A DNA stretch of 62,192 nt from Malassezia furfur (taxonomy: Eukaryota), in NCBI GenBank assembly GCA_052055015.1, contig JBQJIT010000021.1, one strand, 5' to 3'. Below are positions 23,972 through 35,262 of the stretch, one piece after another; position 1 is the first letter of the stretch, and every line of letters starts with the position of its first letter. The translations under genes were made by a program, and so were the position numbers. Below the pieces are notes generated by a model. The model ran no database searches and was not told the DNA's origin. It was given only the letters and a program-made list of their open reading frames with translations.

Positions 23972-24856
23972 ATGGCCGCGGATGCGCACAGCGCATCGCG
24001 CACTGATACCATCTTACGCGTGAAGCGGAAACGGAATGAGGATCCAATTGATGCATTTATTTTTGAGCTGAATGCTCAGAATGCCAGGCGGCGCATTGAA
24101 CCAGAGGGACGCGACATTGGTATGTTTCGCCTGGCAGAGACCATACCGCAAACCCTGCGTTCCAATGAAGATCGCCGTATAATTGAGGCCGAGTGGGATT
24201 CAAACCGGCACAAAATAGCCATTAAACGCAAGCGGGATGTTACTTCAGACGATGGGACTCGCAAGAAAACAGCACCTGAACAACACGACAAGATGAATCA
24301 TTTTGCGGATATGTTGGCGAACTACCTGCAACGTACGTATCAAACTAACTCAGTTGATTCCAAGGAAACCAAGAAAGAAAAGGAGGGGGAATATGTGTAT
24401 GATATTTATTATCGACAAGCCATGCCTGCGCATTGGCAGCTGCCAAAATTCGCACCTCCCCGTGTCGGTCCCCCGCAAATTGGACGAGCCAGTACAAAAG
24501 CCAAATCGTATTCGCCGGTGCCAGTGGGCCGCAGCCAGAATTCGACGACTAGTGCACCAGGATTTGAACATTTGTCAAAATACCAGGTATCCAGTCAACC
24601 CATTGAGGACGACTGGGAGGAGGAAGATTTGATCCCCGTATTCTTCCGTTCAACCGTGGATGAAGACGGTCGTACGACGGTCGTACCCATCTCTTCTACC
24701 GGTCAGCGTCTTGCAGAAACATTACTGGTGGAAGAAGAACTGACCGCGCCACCGTCCATGTTAGGGGAGGACGAGGACAGTAACGACGAGGACTTCTATG
24801 GGAATGACTACCCGGATCGGGATGAATGGGACGAAAGCAGCGAGGCCTCGTTCTGA
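23972..24856 (+). CDS. IWR1: RNA polymerase II nuclear import factor Iwr1-like; probable intron 24333-24353
   Basis: N-terminal ILRVKRKRNEDP (NLS), YVYDIYYR and EDEDSNDEDFYGNDYPD, which are Iwr1/SLC7A6OS motifs. Confidence 0.8.
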   Translation: MAADAHSASRTDTILRVKRKRNEDPIDAFIFELNAQNARRRIEPEGRDIGMFRLAETIPQTLRSNEDRRIIEAEWDSNRHKIAIKRKRDVTSDDGTRKKTAPEQHDKMNHFADMLANYLQRTYQTNSVDSKETKKEKEGEYVYDIYYRQAMPAHWQLPKFAPPRVGPPQIGRASTKAKSYSPVPVGRSQNSTTSAPGFEHLSKYQVSSQPIEDDWEEEDLIPVFFRSTVDEDGRTTVVPISSTGQRLAETLLVEEELTAPPSMLGEDEDSNDEDFYGNDYPDRDEWDESSEASF

Positions 24857-25003
24857 TACGCGCACCATTTGGAACAAAAATAAGAAGCATTATCTACAAT
24901 CGAAACACTCTCACGATCTTTAAGAACTTACTGATGATCACCGCAAGGTGGCCAAAACTCAGAACTTCTTCGATAGGTGAGCATTTTTGGATTATCTGTA
25001 CAT

Positions 25004-26206
25004 TTAGGCAGGCCATGCTGTAGCCTGCGTCTCTTGCAAAGGTGGATTCACCCCCCAGGAAGTTTGGGCTTCTGCAAACGAGATGTTTGTAGCCGCCGAA
25101 GCATTGGGAACCACCGGCTCCGTAGATTCTGTTGGCGCGCTTGACTTGCGCGCACGAAGATGAACACCGAGATAGTGCCGGTTTTTGTCATGCTTCCTAG
25201 CAAAGCGTTTCCCACAGCTCTCCAAGGGGCATACAAAAGGTTTCAACCGATTCTCAATGGCCTCATGGGTCGTGATGTGCATCTTCCGATTGTAAGCACG
25301 CACAAACATCTTGTGGCAGATGGGACATTCGTACAGCCGCGACGCCGTCCGTTTGTTGCCCACCAGCCCAATTTCGGCTACTGTCGCGGCAGATCGTTTC
25401 GATGCCGGCGACGTGGAGGTAGCCGTTGGACTACCTCTGGACACGGCAAGCGAGACCGACGCCAGACTTGTTTGGGCGGCAGCATCTTTGCTGATCACGG
25501 GTTTCACCACACTGACCATGGGGTCCACATTGGTGCTGACGCCAGACGCCGAGTAAATTTGCCGGTAAGATTCCGGGAAGTAATTCGACTGCAAGTTGGG
25601 CATTGGCGGTGGCGTATGGGGGAGAGCCGTAGGATTCATCGGAAGAATGCACGGCATGTTCGACAACGTTTGTACCTGTCCCTGCGCGTTGCCTTCCGTT
25701 GCCGCTGATGCCATTTGGGTGAGAGGTACAGCCTGTGACAAGAAACCGTAGAGGTCATGCTCGGGGTTAGACATGAGAGAGAAAGAATCCGTGGTGTAGT
25801 CTCCCGAAAGCGGATTTGTAGCCGTTAGGTTGTGTCGCATGAGGTTCTCGCCCACAGCCTGGGGTAAAAAACGACCGCCGAGATTCTGATTCATTGGTTC
25901 GTAAACGCCAAACGAGAAACCCGTGGGACTAGGCAAAACTTCAGGAAAGGAGGGCTTGTTGGTATCCTCAGGTATTTGTTTCCCATTCGTGACCGTGAAT
26001 GGAAGGAGAAGAGGAAACTCGGAGGGCTCGGAGAGCGTCGAGATGGTATCACTCAGGGTGGGGTGAGCCACGTCCCGCAATGCAAGCTCCAGAAAGGGAT
26101 CTTTCTCGAGGATTGGGTTCATGACTTCATCCATCACAAAGAGTTTCGATGCCATTCGAGCATCGAAATCGTAGAGCTGGTTGGAGCCCATAGAAGCCAT
26201 GGGCAC
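25004..26206 (-). CDS. C2H2 zinc-finger transcription factor (two C-terminal fingers)
   Basis: YECPICHKMFVRAYNRKMHITTH and FVCPLESCGKRFARKHDKNRHYLGVH. Confidence 0.85.
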   Translation of the reverse strand: MPMASMGSNQLYDFDARMASKLFVMDEVMNPILEKDPFLELALRDVAHPTLSDTISTLSEPSEFPLLLPFTVTNGKQIPEDTNKPSFPEVLPSPTGFSFGVYEPMNQNLGGRFLPQAVGENLMRHNLTATNPLSGDYTTDSFSLMSNPEHDLYGFLSQAVPLTQMASAATEGNAQGQVQTLSNMPCILPMNPTALPHTPPPMPNLQSNYFPESYRQIYSASGVSTNVDPMVSVVKPVISKDAAAQTSLASVSLAVSRGSPTATSTSPASKRSAATVAEIGLVGNKRTASRLYECPICHKMFVRAYNRKMHITTHEAIENRLKPFVCPLESCGKRFARKHDKNRHYLGVHLRARKSSAPTESTEPVVPNASAATNISFAEAQTSWGVNPPLQETQATAWPA

Positions 26207-26601
26207 AATGAGGTATTAGTACGACGAAGCTGAGGCGCGACTAGTTCTTGGAAGGCACGACTTCATGCCGTGGTGGCGCGCTCGGTAACGAGTTACTCTA
26301 GCGGCGTGTGTTTGCCAAGGGGAGAACACTTGAATGTCCACTATATCGCCTTCCGACGACTAAACGGCACTAGCTCCGCAAACCCTAATGAAAAGGGTGG
26401 CTCTTCTGCAGGGAACGGCACAAACGGCAAAAAGCACTGGTGCCTTAAACCACGTTATTTGATTCGGCCGAAAATCGCTCCTCATGGCAGGAGCCGATCT
26501 ATGGGACAGCCCGTGCCCCAAATGCGAATTTATTATTTGCTCAGTAAAAAGAGTGCCGCCGACCGGTGGGGTCGATCTATCAGGTGAGTGAACAGAGAAA
26601 T

Positions 26602-28632
26602 CTACAGAGATGCAAGGGCCGTTTGGCCACTAGGAGCATGGACCAAGACGGAGTTTCGTTTCAAAGGGTAAAGGGAAGGTTTGCCAAGAGATGAGTCGGG
26701 CTGGTCAGATTGGGAAGGGAGAGCAAGCTGGTGCGCGAATTTCAGAACCATCTTTGCGTGATGTTCACAGAAAGGACGGTCACCCACGCTGTAGTACTCG
26801 TCCAGCTGTTTCCCACAGAAATTTCCGGTAGAATCAATGTGTCCGCATGTGAAGCAATGAGTGTGGTATTTTCGGAGGTCCGCCTCCCGGTATGCGCCTT
26901 CAATGCCTTGATTGCATTGGACACAGAAGGTATTGCATTTTTTGTGGTAGTGCTGGTAACAATAAGGCTGATCATCCAACACATAGAATACCTCGGAGCG
27001 AAGATTCTTTGAGCAGGAAGAGCAGTGGAAACAGTCCGGATGGTAAACGCCGCTGAGCTTTCCATCAGCACAGCGAATCTTGCTTTGCTGAATAATTTTG
27101 TGGCAGCGACGGCATTCCAGCGGGTCTGCAGGCGCTGCCGTCAATTTGTCCGACGAAGGCACTTCTGTAGAGCTCGAAGCAGTCGACAGGCGACTGTTGA
27201 TCCATTGCTCCGCGGTAAAGCTGTCCTCATTATCGCTGTCCGACTCATCAGACAGAGGTTGAGCAGCCCGCGGTGCAGTGTGAGAGGGCATGAGCATCGC
27301 TGCGAGTGACTGAACAGGAACACCTGGCAATGGCTTCTTGTCATAAGGTGCAGCGAGGGGTGCCGCAGTCGGTTCTGATACATCCGAATGGGGTATGCCG
27401 GACTCTGATGCTCCCTTGGTAGGCTTGGCGCCGTACGACATGGTAGAGTAATGCGAAGCAGCATCCACGGACTCTTCCTCATCGCTGGGATCGTAGAGCA
27501 CAGACGTATTCCATAAGAACGCATCAATTGCGTCTAAGCCGGACTGACGAAGCTCTTGTTTCGCAGTGAGATGCGCGGAATCTGGCCGGGAGAGTGGCAC
27601 AGACATGTCGGGGGACAATGCACGCTTCGAATAATCCGATTTGGCGCTTGATCGGTTGTCCACGCTCGTAGCAGGGGTGGTGTTGCTCCGGTGTGAAGTG
27701 GTTGGAGAGTCCCATACATCTTGAGGCTCGGTGGCACTGGATGCAGAATAGGACTCCATGTAAGGGCTTGACTCAGAGCCCTGCACTTGTTCTGTGCCTT
27801 GGACATTCTGCTCCATGCTGAGTTTGTGAGGAAGGGTTAGAAGCGCTTCGTTCAACATGGGACTGGTGGAAAGGAATGTATCAAAGCGCGACGTATCCTC
27901 GAGACTCTTAGGCGTACCGCCACCAAACTCAGAGCTTTTTGGCGTGTGAAGTCCTCGGTAGGCACCATTTTCCCGAATGTACGTCTCCACAAGGAGCTTG
28001 GGACGCGTGGACGAGGGCGTACCTGGACGGGTCGTTGAGGCAGTCTGGGGTGTCCTGCGCCCCTCAGCACCTACCTTGCCAGGCGTACCGGGCCGTGAAC
28101 CCATCGGGCTCTCTGGCCCTCGAAGATTGGGCGTAGGATGTCCGCGACGCAATGAAATGGAGGGAGCCGCGACTGACCGAGCCGGAATCTTTGGTGATTC
28201 GTGAACAACCGACGTTGAGGCACTGACCAAGGGGGGTGCAGGGGGTGCAGCAGGCAAGGCTGGCACAGGACTAACAATTTGGCCCGTATGAGATGTAAAA
28301 GGACGGTGCACAGGTGCCATTGCGTGGTTGGTATACTTGGTCTGGTGCAAGATAGGCGTGGGTGTTGCGACGCGCAAAGCTGCTGGGTTGTCGACTGCCT
28401 TGGCAAAGCGCGGGAACCGACCGCAACTTAGCCGCGAGTGTGACATGGTCGAGGTCTGGTCGATCTGGTCAGGGAACCATTCTGAACGCGTCGGGCTTTT
28501 CAATGTCGCGGGCAGGGACACCGACGAAAAAGACTCGGATGCGTCGTCCCCCTGGCGAGCCATTAGCCGCCTGACCCCCACACCCGCGAAATTGGGTGTG
28601 GGTGAGGGATTTGCATCATCATAAACTTCCAT
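26602..28632 (-). CDS. LIM-domain protein (paxillin/Pxl1-like, two C-terminal LIM domains)
   Basis: CRRC...YHPDCFHCSSC...PYCYQH and CVQC...YHTHCFTC...C...PFCEHH, after a long S/P/T-rich N-terminus. First ATG at 28632. Confidence 0.8.
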   Translation of the reverse strand: MEVYDDANPSPTPNFAGVGVRRLMARQGDDASESFSSVSLPATLKSPTRSEWFPDQIDQTSTMSHSRLSCGRFPRFAKAVDNPAALRVATPTPILHQTKYTNHAMAPVHRPFTSHTGQIVSPVPALPAAPPAPPLVSASTSVVHESPKIPARSVAAPSISLRRGHPTPNLRGPESPMGSRPGTPGKVGAEGRRTPQTASTTRPGTPSSTRPKLLVETYIRENGAYRGLHTPKSSEFGGGTPKSLEDTSRFDTFLSTSPMLNEALLTLPHKLSMEQNVQGTEQVQGSESSPYMESYSASSATEPQDVWDSPTTSHRSNTTPATSVDNRSSAKSDYSKRALSPDMSVPLSRPDSAHLTAKQELRQSGLDAIDAFLWNTSVLYDPSDEEESVDAASHYSTMSYGAKPTKGASESGIPHSDVSEPTAAPLAAPYDKKPLPGVPVQSLAAMLMPSHTAPRAAQPLSDESDSDNEDSFTAEQWINSRLSTASSSTEVPSSDKLTAAPADPLECRRCHKIIQQSKIRCADGKLSGVYHPDCFHCSSCSKNLRSEVFYVLDDQPYCYQHYHKKCNTFCVQCNQGIEGAYREADLRKYHTHCFTCGHIDSTGNFCGKQLDEYYSVGDRPFCEHHAKMVLKFAHQLALPSQSDQPDSSLGKPSLYPLKRNSVLVHAPSGQTALASL

Positions 28633-29197
28633 ACAAGGCCGCAATTGCTGCTCTCGTGGCAGAGGGGCAGCTTGCACAACACGCGTTCGCCGACTACGCC
28701 AAGACGCCTAGAGCGAGAGATGGACTTCGTACAATACAGACGGCACTGTCGCCGAGTAGCCTCCGGCCTGCGTGACGCACTGCAGGTGCATGCATACTGC
28801 GAGCTTGTGTTGAGATCTGAAACCCCTATCTCCCTTGCAGGATCGACTCGCGGGGAGGCGCGAGTACAAAATCGACCAATAAGGATGTGAGAAACAACTA
28901 AGATATCTGCGCGCACCAGCGCATACGCCATGCATATGCGCGTTTACATACACGGGCTGCATAAGTGAAGATCCACATTGCGCCCAATGCACCGCGCGCG
29001 CCTACTTGTACACTATGTTTGTAAGGGACGCGCCGACGCGTCTACAAAGCGCGTCGCACGCCCTCACTGGCAGCATGGGCTGCGTAAGGCCCATCGAGTT
29101 ACAATGGTAACATTAGTTGGTAGAATGTAAGAGTCATGGGAGAAGAGCGAGGACAACACCAAGCCGCAACTGCGCACGAAAAGCGAGGGCCAGCCCA

Positions 29198-30985
29198 TTA
29201 GCGGACCTCGGCATGCGACGCGGTGCGCGCGTCCGACTCGGGGGCATGTTCGCTCGAATACACAGGCTGCACGCCGCTGTGACTTTGCGACGGCATCGAA
29301 TCCGAAACCTTGGGGCGCTTCATCATCTTCATGTCGTCCAGCGCAAAGTTTTGCGTCCCAAAGTTGGTCGACGGGAACGACTCCGCCGAACCGCTATTGC
29401 CCGACGCGGGCACCGAAGCGTGTCCCGCACTGGTCGGTGTACCCGATGCGTGCTGCGTGCTCTGGTCACCGTCGGGGTGCGCGCCTTCGTTCGTCGACGA
29501 GCTGTAGTCATCGTTGGCACGCTTAATACCGGACACGCGACGGTGTGCACCGTTCGCACCCGGCTGCATGGACATCGCGCCTTGGGGCTGCTGTGTATTC
29601 ACCTCTGCACCGTGCTCCATGCGGCGGTCGGCGTTCATATTCGACACGGGTGTCGAGCGCATTGACTGAGGCATGCCCTGTGCGCCGTATTGTGCATTCG
29701 ATGGGAACATCCCGGGGCCAGCCGAAGATGGCGGAGGGACCATGCCAGAATGGTGCTGATGATGAGGATAGTACTGCTGGTACTGCTGGTAATGTAGCGC
29801 CGAGTCGTTCGCGCCGTTCGACTGATCGTGCGCTGCCTGGGCACTGCCGCCCCAGTGGCTCTGGTCGAGCGACGCGTGCAACGGCATACCGGCAGGCATC
29901 TCGCCGCCACCGACCTCCTTCATCGCGGGGTTGCCCGGTGCGGACGCTGGGTAATGGCGCTGAACATGGCGTTCCTGCGCCGCGGCCATCACTGCTGCGG
30001 TCCGGGGATAGTTGTCGGGGTGGTACAAGAACGACTGAATGTTGGGCTCAAACAGCGGGTAAAGCGCGTCAGCGATGCCGTGCTGCTCTGCAAGCTGCTT
30101 GCCGCGGTTGAATGCGATCCAGACACCCTTGAGGTGCATTGCACCGACCTTGACAACAATGCGTTCCTTTTCGTTCTTGAGAATACCATCGCGCTTCCCG
30201 CGAGACATACCACAGACATTAAGAAGCTTAGTGCCGTTGACCATGTTGTTGTCGTGGCGCCGCGCAACACAGACGCCCTTCACGTCCACCTGGAAGCACA
30301 GCGTCCCTTCGTCCTCCCATAGTGTAGTCGTGACACGATGACGACCCGACAGCGGTAGCTGCGTGCTATACTGCGGCGCCGAGCTGTACGAAGGTGCCTG
30401 CACCACGGAGCTGGACGCCATCGGCACCCCTGGACCCGCAGGGAGGCCTCCACCCTGGGCCGATCCGGCCATAGAGAGCGGCGCACTCGCTTGAGCATGG
30501 TGTGACGCGATGTGCCCCGCCGCATGTGGCGTGTATCCTCCATGCGGCATCATGCCTCCCATCATTTGATTGTGGTATGCGTGCGTCGAAGACGCGGCAG
30601 GGTAGTGCGGAGGGTGGCCATAATGCGAAAGGTGGCCCATATAGCTGGGATACGGAGGGTACGCATGGCCAGAATATGAGCCGCCGTACATGGGATGCTG
30701 CGCCGCTCCATATGCGCCATAGGGCGATGTCATGGGCGAAATCTGCGCAGCAGGGAACGACCCCGCCGCGAGGTGGTGCGGCGTGGGCTGGACGCTATCG
30801 GGGTACAGACCGACCCCGGACGCGTGGCCGACGTGCGACTCCGATGCGGGCGTCATGCCTGAGCCCGTATGGCCGTGCATGGGGGGCGCATTGCCATGGC
30901 TCACAGGCGTCTGTGCATGCTGCACCGCAGATGCACCGTACTGCGATGGGCTCGCAGCTGGAACCGAGGGACTTGCCGTGGACAT
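29198..30985 (-). CDS. STUA: APSES transcription factor StuA/Ust1/Efg1 family
   Basis: [17 protein letters not shown]...[34 protein letters not shown]...MHLKGVWI...LYPLFEPNI. Confidence 0.95.
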   Translation of the reverse strand: MSTASPSVPAASPSQYGASAVQHAQTPVSHGNAPPMHGHTGSGMTPASESHVGHASGVGLYPDSVQPTPHHLAAGSFPAAQISPMTSPYGAYGAAQHPMYGGSYSGHAYPPYPSYMGHLSHYGHPPHYPAASSTHAYHNQMMGGMMPHGGYTPHAAGHIASHHAQASAPLSMAGSAQGGGLPAGPGVPMASSSVVQAPSYSSAPQYSTQLPLSGRHRVTTTLWEDEGTLCFQVDVKGVCVARRHDNNMVNGTKLLNVCGMSRGKRDGILKNEKERIVVKVGAMHLKGVWIAFNRGKQLAEQHGIADALYPLFEPNIQSFLYHPDNYPRTAAVMAAAQERHVQRHYPASAPGNPAMKEVGGGEMPAGMPLHASLDQSHWGGSAQAAHDQSNGANDSALHYQQYQQYYPHHQHHSGMVPPPSSAGPGMFPSNAQYGAQGMPQSMRSTPVSNMNADRRMEHGAEVNTQQPQGAMSMQPGANGAHRRVSGIKRANDDYSSSTNEGAHPDGDQSTQHASGTPTSAGHASVPASGNSGSAESFPSTNFGTQNFALDDMKMMKRPKVSDSMPSQSHSGVQPVYSSEHAPESDARTASHAEVR

Positions 30986-31392
30986 TGATTATCCCCGCCG
31001 TGTTCAATCGGTACTGGAATGGGACCTTCAAGAGATGAAACACAATGGTCTATGCACTCTTGACGCGAGTACGTCGAACTGGGCGCACTTGCTGCGTGAG
31101 GATCCAAAGATTCGACGTCAAGCACCCCTAGACGTAGTGGAACTATGTCAGGATGCGGATGCCGGGTGCAGGCACCCGCTTTTGCGTGCAGTTTGCGTCA
31201 GGGCTTTGTCGCCGACTGCGCATCAAATCGGATGCGTCGCAGCTACCCACAGATTGCCAGCATTGCATATTTCGGCCGAAAGGACACGTGATACGACGGT
31301 GGAGAACTACTTGGTCATGCTTGTGTAACAGAGGCGCGCGCCTCCATCCAACGCAGGTGCACACGATCGGCACCTGCATCTTTGGCACCGCG

Positions 31393-33203
31393 ATGGAGGA
31401 GCGGCGGGAGCACGACGCCGCTGTGCGACCAGACGTTTCAGGCCTTGTTCAGCCTGAAACTGCCCGCGATCCAAGTCAAAAGGACACGCCAATGCAAAAA
31501 CTAGGGCCAGAATCACATACATCTCCGCCCCCTGATACCACCACGCCGCATCTGCATGCACCCACCGTGGACCCGGCAACGAGGCAAGACACACCGCGCA
31601 AAGAGACTGAAAGGGAAACGTCCCATGCAGTGGAACATGATTCTTCCCATCCGGTGCAAGCTACAGAACCCCATGATGTTGGCGGCCTCGATCCCAACAA
31701 CCCGGATGTGCAGCATCAGCTGCGTCAACAAGAAATGACCAAGCTCATGTGGTTGTACGTGCCGCACACTCACCATGCAGATCCCTCCCAGAAAATGACC
31801 AGTCAGCCTACTACTCGGACGAAGATGAGGAGGACTCGGACTGCGATTGGAATGAGCCGGGGCCGTCGCAGTACACGAATCGCAATCACAAGCTCCGCGT
31901 AAAAGATGGCATGCGCTGGATCCATCGCGGGAAGCTCGGCGATTGGACCGAGGCGCGTGCTGAAAGTGAATTGCACCAGCGCGAGGACCGTCGCATTCAT
32001 GCATTCCAGCATGCAAGCGTTGAAGCCCTACTAGAGGCAGAAGCGCACACGATCGGTAGCATGGGCACCATGCTCCGCGACCCTGTCCAGCAGAAGCGAC
32101 GCCGTATGGGTATGCTAAATAAGCGAAACAAACGTCGAAAAGGCGCCTACGATGAAGACAATGACCTCCTCAGTGACGACATGGACCAAGAGGAGCAGCT
32201 TTCACTGAGCGCAGCTACGTTGGCCCCTTCACTTTTACTCCCGGTCTTAAACGCTCACGACCTGCTCAAGAGCCGACTTTTGAAACAAGTTTTCAATAAC
32301 TCGCACATCACGTCACTGAGCCGCACAGCGCTCGACTTACGCGAAAGCGAACACAACATGAAACATGCGCTGGGGCGATGCTTCGGTGTGATGGAACGCA
32401 TTTTTGATTTCGACCCTCGTGAGACTGATGTCAATGCGGTGGGGACTGTCAATAAACGGCCGAACACTAACGCCGCGTCCAACACATCCGGTGGCGTGCC
32501 ACAGTTGGCGATAAGGAACGATGTGCGTGCCGAAGAGGCGGACAAGCGCGACGAGGAGAGCCAAAACAGTCACGGCCCGTCGGAACAGCATGATGTTAAA
32601 GATGAACAGAATGAAGGCGACTTGAACTCTACCGATACTGCCCATGCAGTAGCGGCGCCAAGGAATTCGCCCCACGTGTCTGATCCCTTGGCCCCGTTGG
32701 ACGACGCGCCCCCTCTATCCCAGATCAACAACCTATTTCTCACCAAGGGTGGGCTCACGATCCCTATGCCGGAGACCAACACTGAGTCAGATTCACCTCA
32801 GACAATCACTATCTCGGAAGAAGAGCAGCGGGACATTGTGTATGCCAGCCTTGGATGTCTCAACGACCTGTACATGGACAGCCTGGAGTACATGGAGCGC
32901 TTGGATGAAGTGCGTTCCATACTCTCCGACATCGAGCGTCACAGAAACCACGTCTGGAACATGCTGCGGACGTGGGCAACCAAACGTGACAACGAAGAAT
33001 ATCGCGCGTCGACCATGTACCGGAACGCACGGGCCAACTTGCGGAGCGCGCGCAGCTCCAAAGGTGGCAATCGCAACTTTGGACAAGGTGCAGACGACTT
33101 GAAAGCATCCAATACTACGTCAGCGAGTGCTGGAGACAGAGGCAGTGGTGAATATGTGGGCTCGTCGAGCCGTAGTCGCGCAAAACGTCGCGCTAATAAA
33201 TAG
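31393..33203 (+). CDS. RXT2: Rxt2-like Rpd3L histone deacetylase complex subunit; intron 31755-31780
   Basis: YTNRNHKLR...RWIHRGKLG resembles the RXT2 N-terminal domain. Also SLSRTALDLRESE and a C-terminal helical region DSLEYMERLDEVR. Confidence 0.65.
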
Positions 33204-33327
33204 CCCTCCCCATAAGAGTTCGTTCATCTGACGCGGGCATTAATACCGTAAATCTATTAATGCCTCCACATTTACAAAGGGAAGCAGACAAAATCATCAA
33301 GCTGGAGAATTGGGTTTTTTAGGGGGC

Positions 33328-33337
33328 AAAAAAAAAA
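33328..33337 (-). terminator. RNA polymerase III terminator (T10) of tRNA-Asp
   Basis: A run of 10 T on the minus strand starting 2 nt after the discriminator base. Confidence 0.8.
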
Positions 33338-33338
33338 G

Positions 33339-33423
33339 CTTCCGCGCCGGGAATTGAACCCGGGTCTGGTCCGAACCAAGTCATGATGACAAGGACCCGT
33401 CATAGCCACTAAACTACGCAGAA
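33339..33423 (-). tRNA. tRNA-Asp(GTC) with 13-nt intron (33386-33374)
   Basis: Acceptor stem TTCTGCG/CGCGGAA with G73. Anticodon stem GGTCC/GGACC with loop TT-GTC-A[intron]C. T-arm CCGGG-TTCAATT-CCCGG. The intron contains TGAC, complementary to the anticodon. Confidence 0.92.
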
Positions 33424-33572
33424 CGCTTCTGGGAGGCTACGGCAATTATTGCGACTAAAGCAATGTCCTAATCTGGCAAGTTGCCGGTGCATGTGAAACC
33501 AGCAAGTGGGGTAAATTAAGCTCTATTGTATTAGCTTTCCCCCTTACAGCAACTTGCAATCGTTCGTCGGGC

Positions 33573-34979
33573 ATGGTCGACAAAAGCATACAACAGGCCG
33601 TCGAAAAGGCTCAGCCAGCTAAGTTCTCACATCTGCGCTACATTGTGAAAGCACTCATATTCCATGCATTTTTTCTCCCGACGACATTGCTTGTATTTCC
33701 TTTGTATTTGCTTCGTGCTCTCCTACCGCACTACAGCGGAAGATACAAGAACTGGACATGGATTGAGGCAATGGGAGTTTTTATCACGCAGCGTGCGATG
33801 CGTAACCTAATACGTTTCCGCATGCAACCTCTTCCTCCTCGTGAGAACGGTTGGCGCGAGATGGACAACATGCTTGGCAGCTTCTTATCGCTGCTGGACC
33901 TTACTGGTCCTGGTGGTTTTGTCGCATCACCGGACCCTGTACTAAACCAGGTATCACAGTATGTGCGTAAGGGTCGCCGCGACCGTGACTGGTTTGACCC
34001 GCCGCCGTTGGACGCGCTGAAAGGTATCTTGTCGATTAAAGTGGGCAACAACCATGTCGCCGACTCTCAGGAATACAAAGGGCCTGCACTCGTTGAACCC
34101 AAGTGGGCAAAGACTCGAATTAGGGGCTACTGGTTCATGCACAATGGTATTCATTCCCCTACGCCTGGATCTAAGGGAAGCCAGAAACGTGCCGTGATGC
34201 TCTATTTCCACGGTGGGGCAGCCGTCACGTTTGCTGCAGGCGATGTCTTTATGGGACAGACATTGTGTAAAACTATTTCCAGCAAGGCGCAGATTGATCT
34301 GTTTTCAGTGGACTACAACCTAGCCCCGCAGGCCCCATTCCCTGTGCAGGTGGTCCAAGCGCTTGCGGGGTATCTGCACCTCATTAACAACTATGGTTAT
34401 CACCCATCGCAAATCTTCTTCGGTGGCGACAGTTTTGGTGCATGGATGGCACTCCAACTCGAGCATTACTTGCGCACTGATGGAAAACACATTGTATCCC
34501 ACTGGGACAACAAGGCTCCAACGGCATCCGGTGTGCCTGGCCTGCTGTTGATCTCCCCTTGGGTCTGTGCACACGATGTGGAAACGCCTTCACGAAGTAT
34601 GAATGGCGTTGGTCAGCGCTTTGACATCCTCGTGCTCTCGTATGGCCAGTGGGGTCTGGATGCTATGCAAGTCGGGCCGAAGCACAAGGACCGGTGCCCT
34701 GCACCGCTGGACAGCCCGTGGCTAAGTCCCTTGTGTTTCTCCAAGAATGATCTCTCCGCTCTTCCTCCTTCATTTGTGTGTCTCGGAAGTGTCGAGGCTC
34801 TCTACGACGAAGACACTCAATTTGTTACAGAGATCCAAAAGGCTGGCGGGAAAGTTGAGCTGTACGTGGACGATGGCGGCGTACACGACTATGGTACAAT
34901 GTCCACCTTTTCCCCCCGGTTCATCAAAACGTGTACAGCCGTACGATCTTGGCTCAACCACGTTCAAAACGCTATGTAA
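33573..34979 (+). CDS. Alpha/beta hydrolase, hormone-sensitive-lipase family (Say1-like esterase/lipase) with N-terminal hydrophobic anchor
   Basis: Oxyanion motif LYFHGGA, VDYNLAP..PFP, nucleophile elbow GDSFG, LLLISPW, acid GSVEALYD and His GGVHD. Confidence 0.85.
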   Translation: MVDKSIQQAVEKAQPAKFSHLRYIVKALIFHAFFLPTTLLVFPLYLLRALLPHYSGRYKNWTWIEAMGVFITQRAMRNLIRFRMQPLPPRENGWREMDNMLGSFLSLLDLTGPGGFVASPDPVLNQVSQYVRKGRRDRDWFDPPPLDALKGILSIKVGNNHVADSQEYKGPALVEPKWAKTRIRGYWFMHNGIHSPTPGSKGSQKRAVMLYFHGGAAVTFAAGDVFMGQTLCKTISSKAQIDLFSVDYNLAPQAPFPVQVVQALAGYLHLINNYGYHPSQIFFGGDSFGAWMALQLEHYLRTDGKHIVSHWDNKAPTASGVPGLLLISPWVCAHDVETPSRSMNGVGQRFDILVLSYGQWGLDAMQVGPKHKDRCPAPLDSPWLSPLCFSKNDLSALPPSFVCLGSVEALYDEDTQFVTEIQKAGGKVELYVDDGGVHDYGTMSTFSPRFIKTCTAVRSWLNHVQNAM

Positions 34980-35031
34980 GGACCATAAACGATCACACTG
35001 CGCGTGCGCGTCCCAAAAAGGTAAAAATGAA

Positions 35032-35127
35032 AGGGCCGCCTGGGGCTCGAACCCAGGACCTCATCTTGTATCCGTCAACATCACGTGATGTAGGAGAGAC
35101 GCATTCTTCCAACTGAACTAACGGCCC
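35032..35127 (-). tRNA. tRNA-Arg(CCT) with 23-nt intron (35090-35068)
   Basis: Acceptor stem GGGCCGT/GCGGCCC. D-arm GTTC-AGTTGGAA-GAAT. Anticodon stem CGTCT/AGATG with loop CT-CCT-A[intron]A. T-arm CTGGG-TTCGAGC-CCCAG. A T5 terminator lies at 35027-35023. Confidence 0.9.
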
Positions 35128-35262
35128 ACCAATCATCTCAGGACAGGTATTGTGGATATAGAAAACGACAGAGGGAGTAAGTGTTGGACGTGCGCCCTGT
35201 GCGGTGCACGTAATCAGTGATTTTTTGTGCTCCCACCTCGAACGAGGCGGATTTTGTGGAAG

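Noticed and set aside
22200..28700. Lower-GC block as a centromere or horizontally acquired island
   Set aside because: It is filled with ordinary fungal genes, some carrying the host-type tiny introns. There is no gene-free, strongly AT-rich core and no integrase or terminal repeats.
28633..29197. ACGCG/StuA-response-like sites upstream of the LIM gene
   Set aside because: CGCG words are too frequent at this GC content to be meaningful without conservation data.
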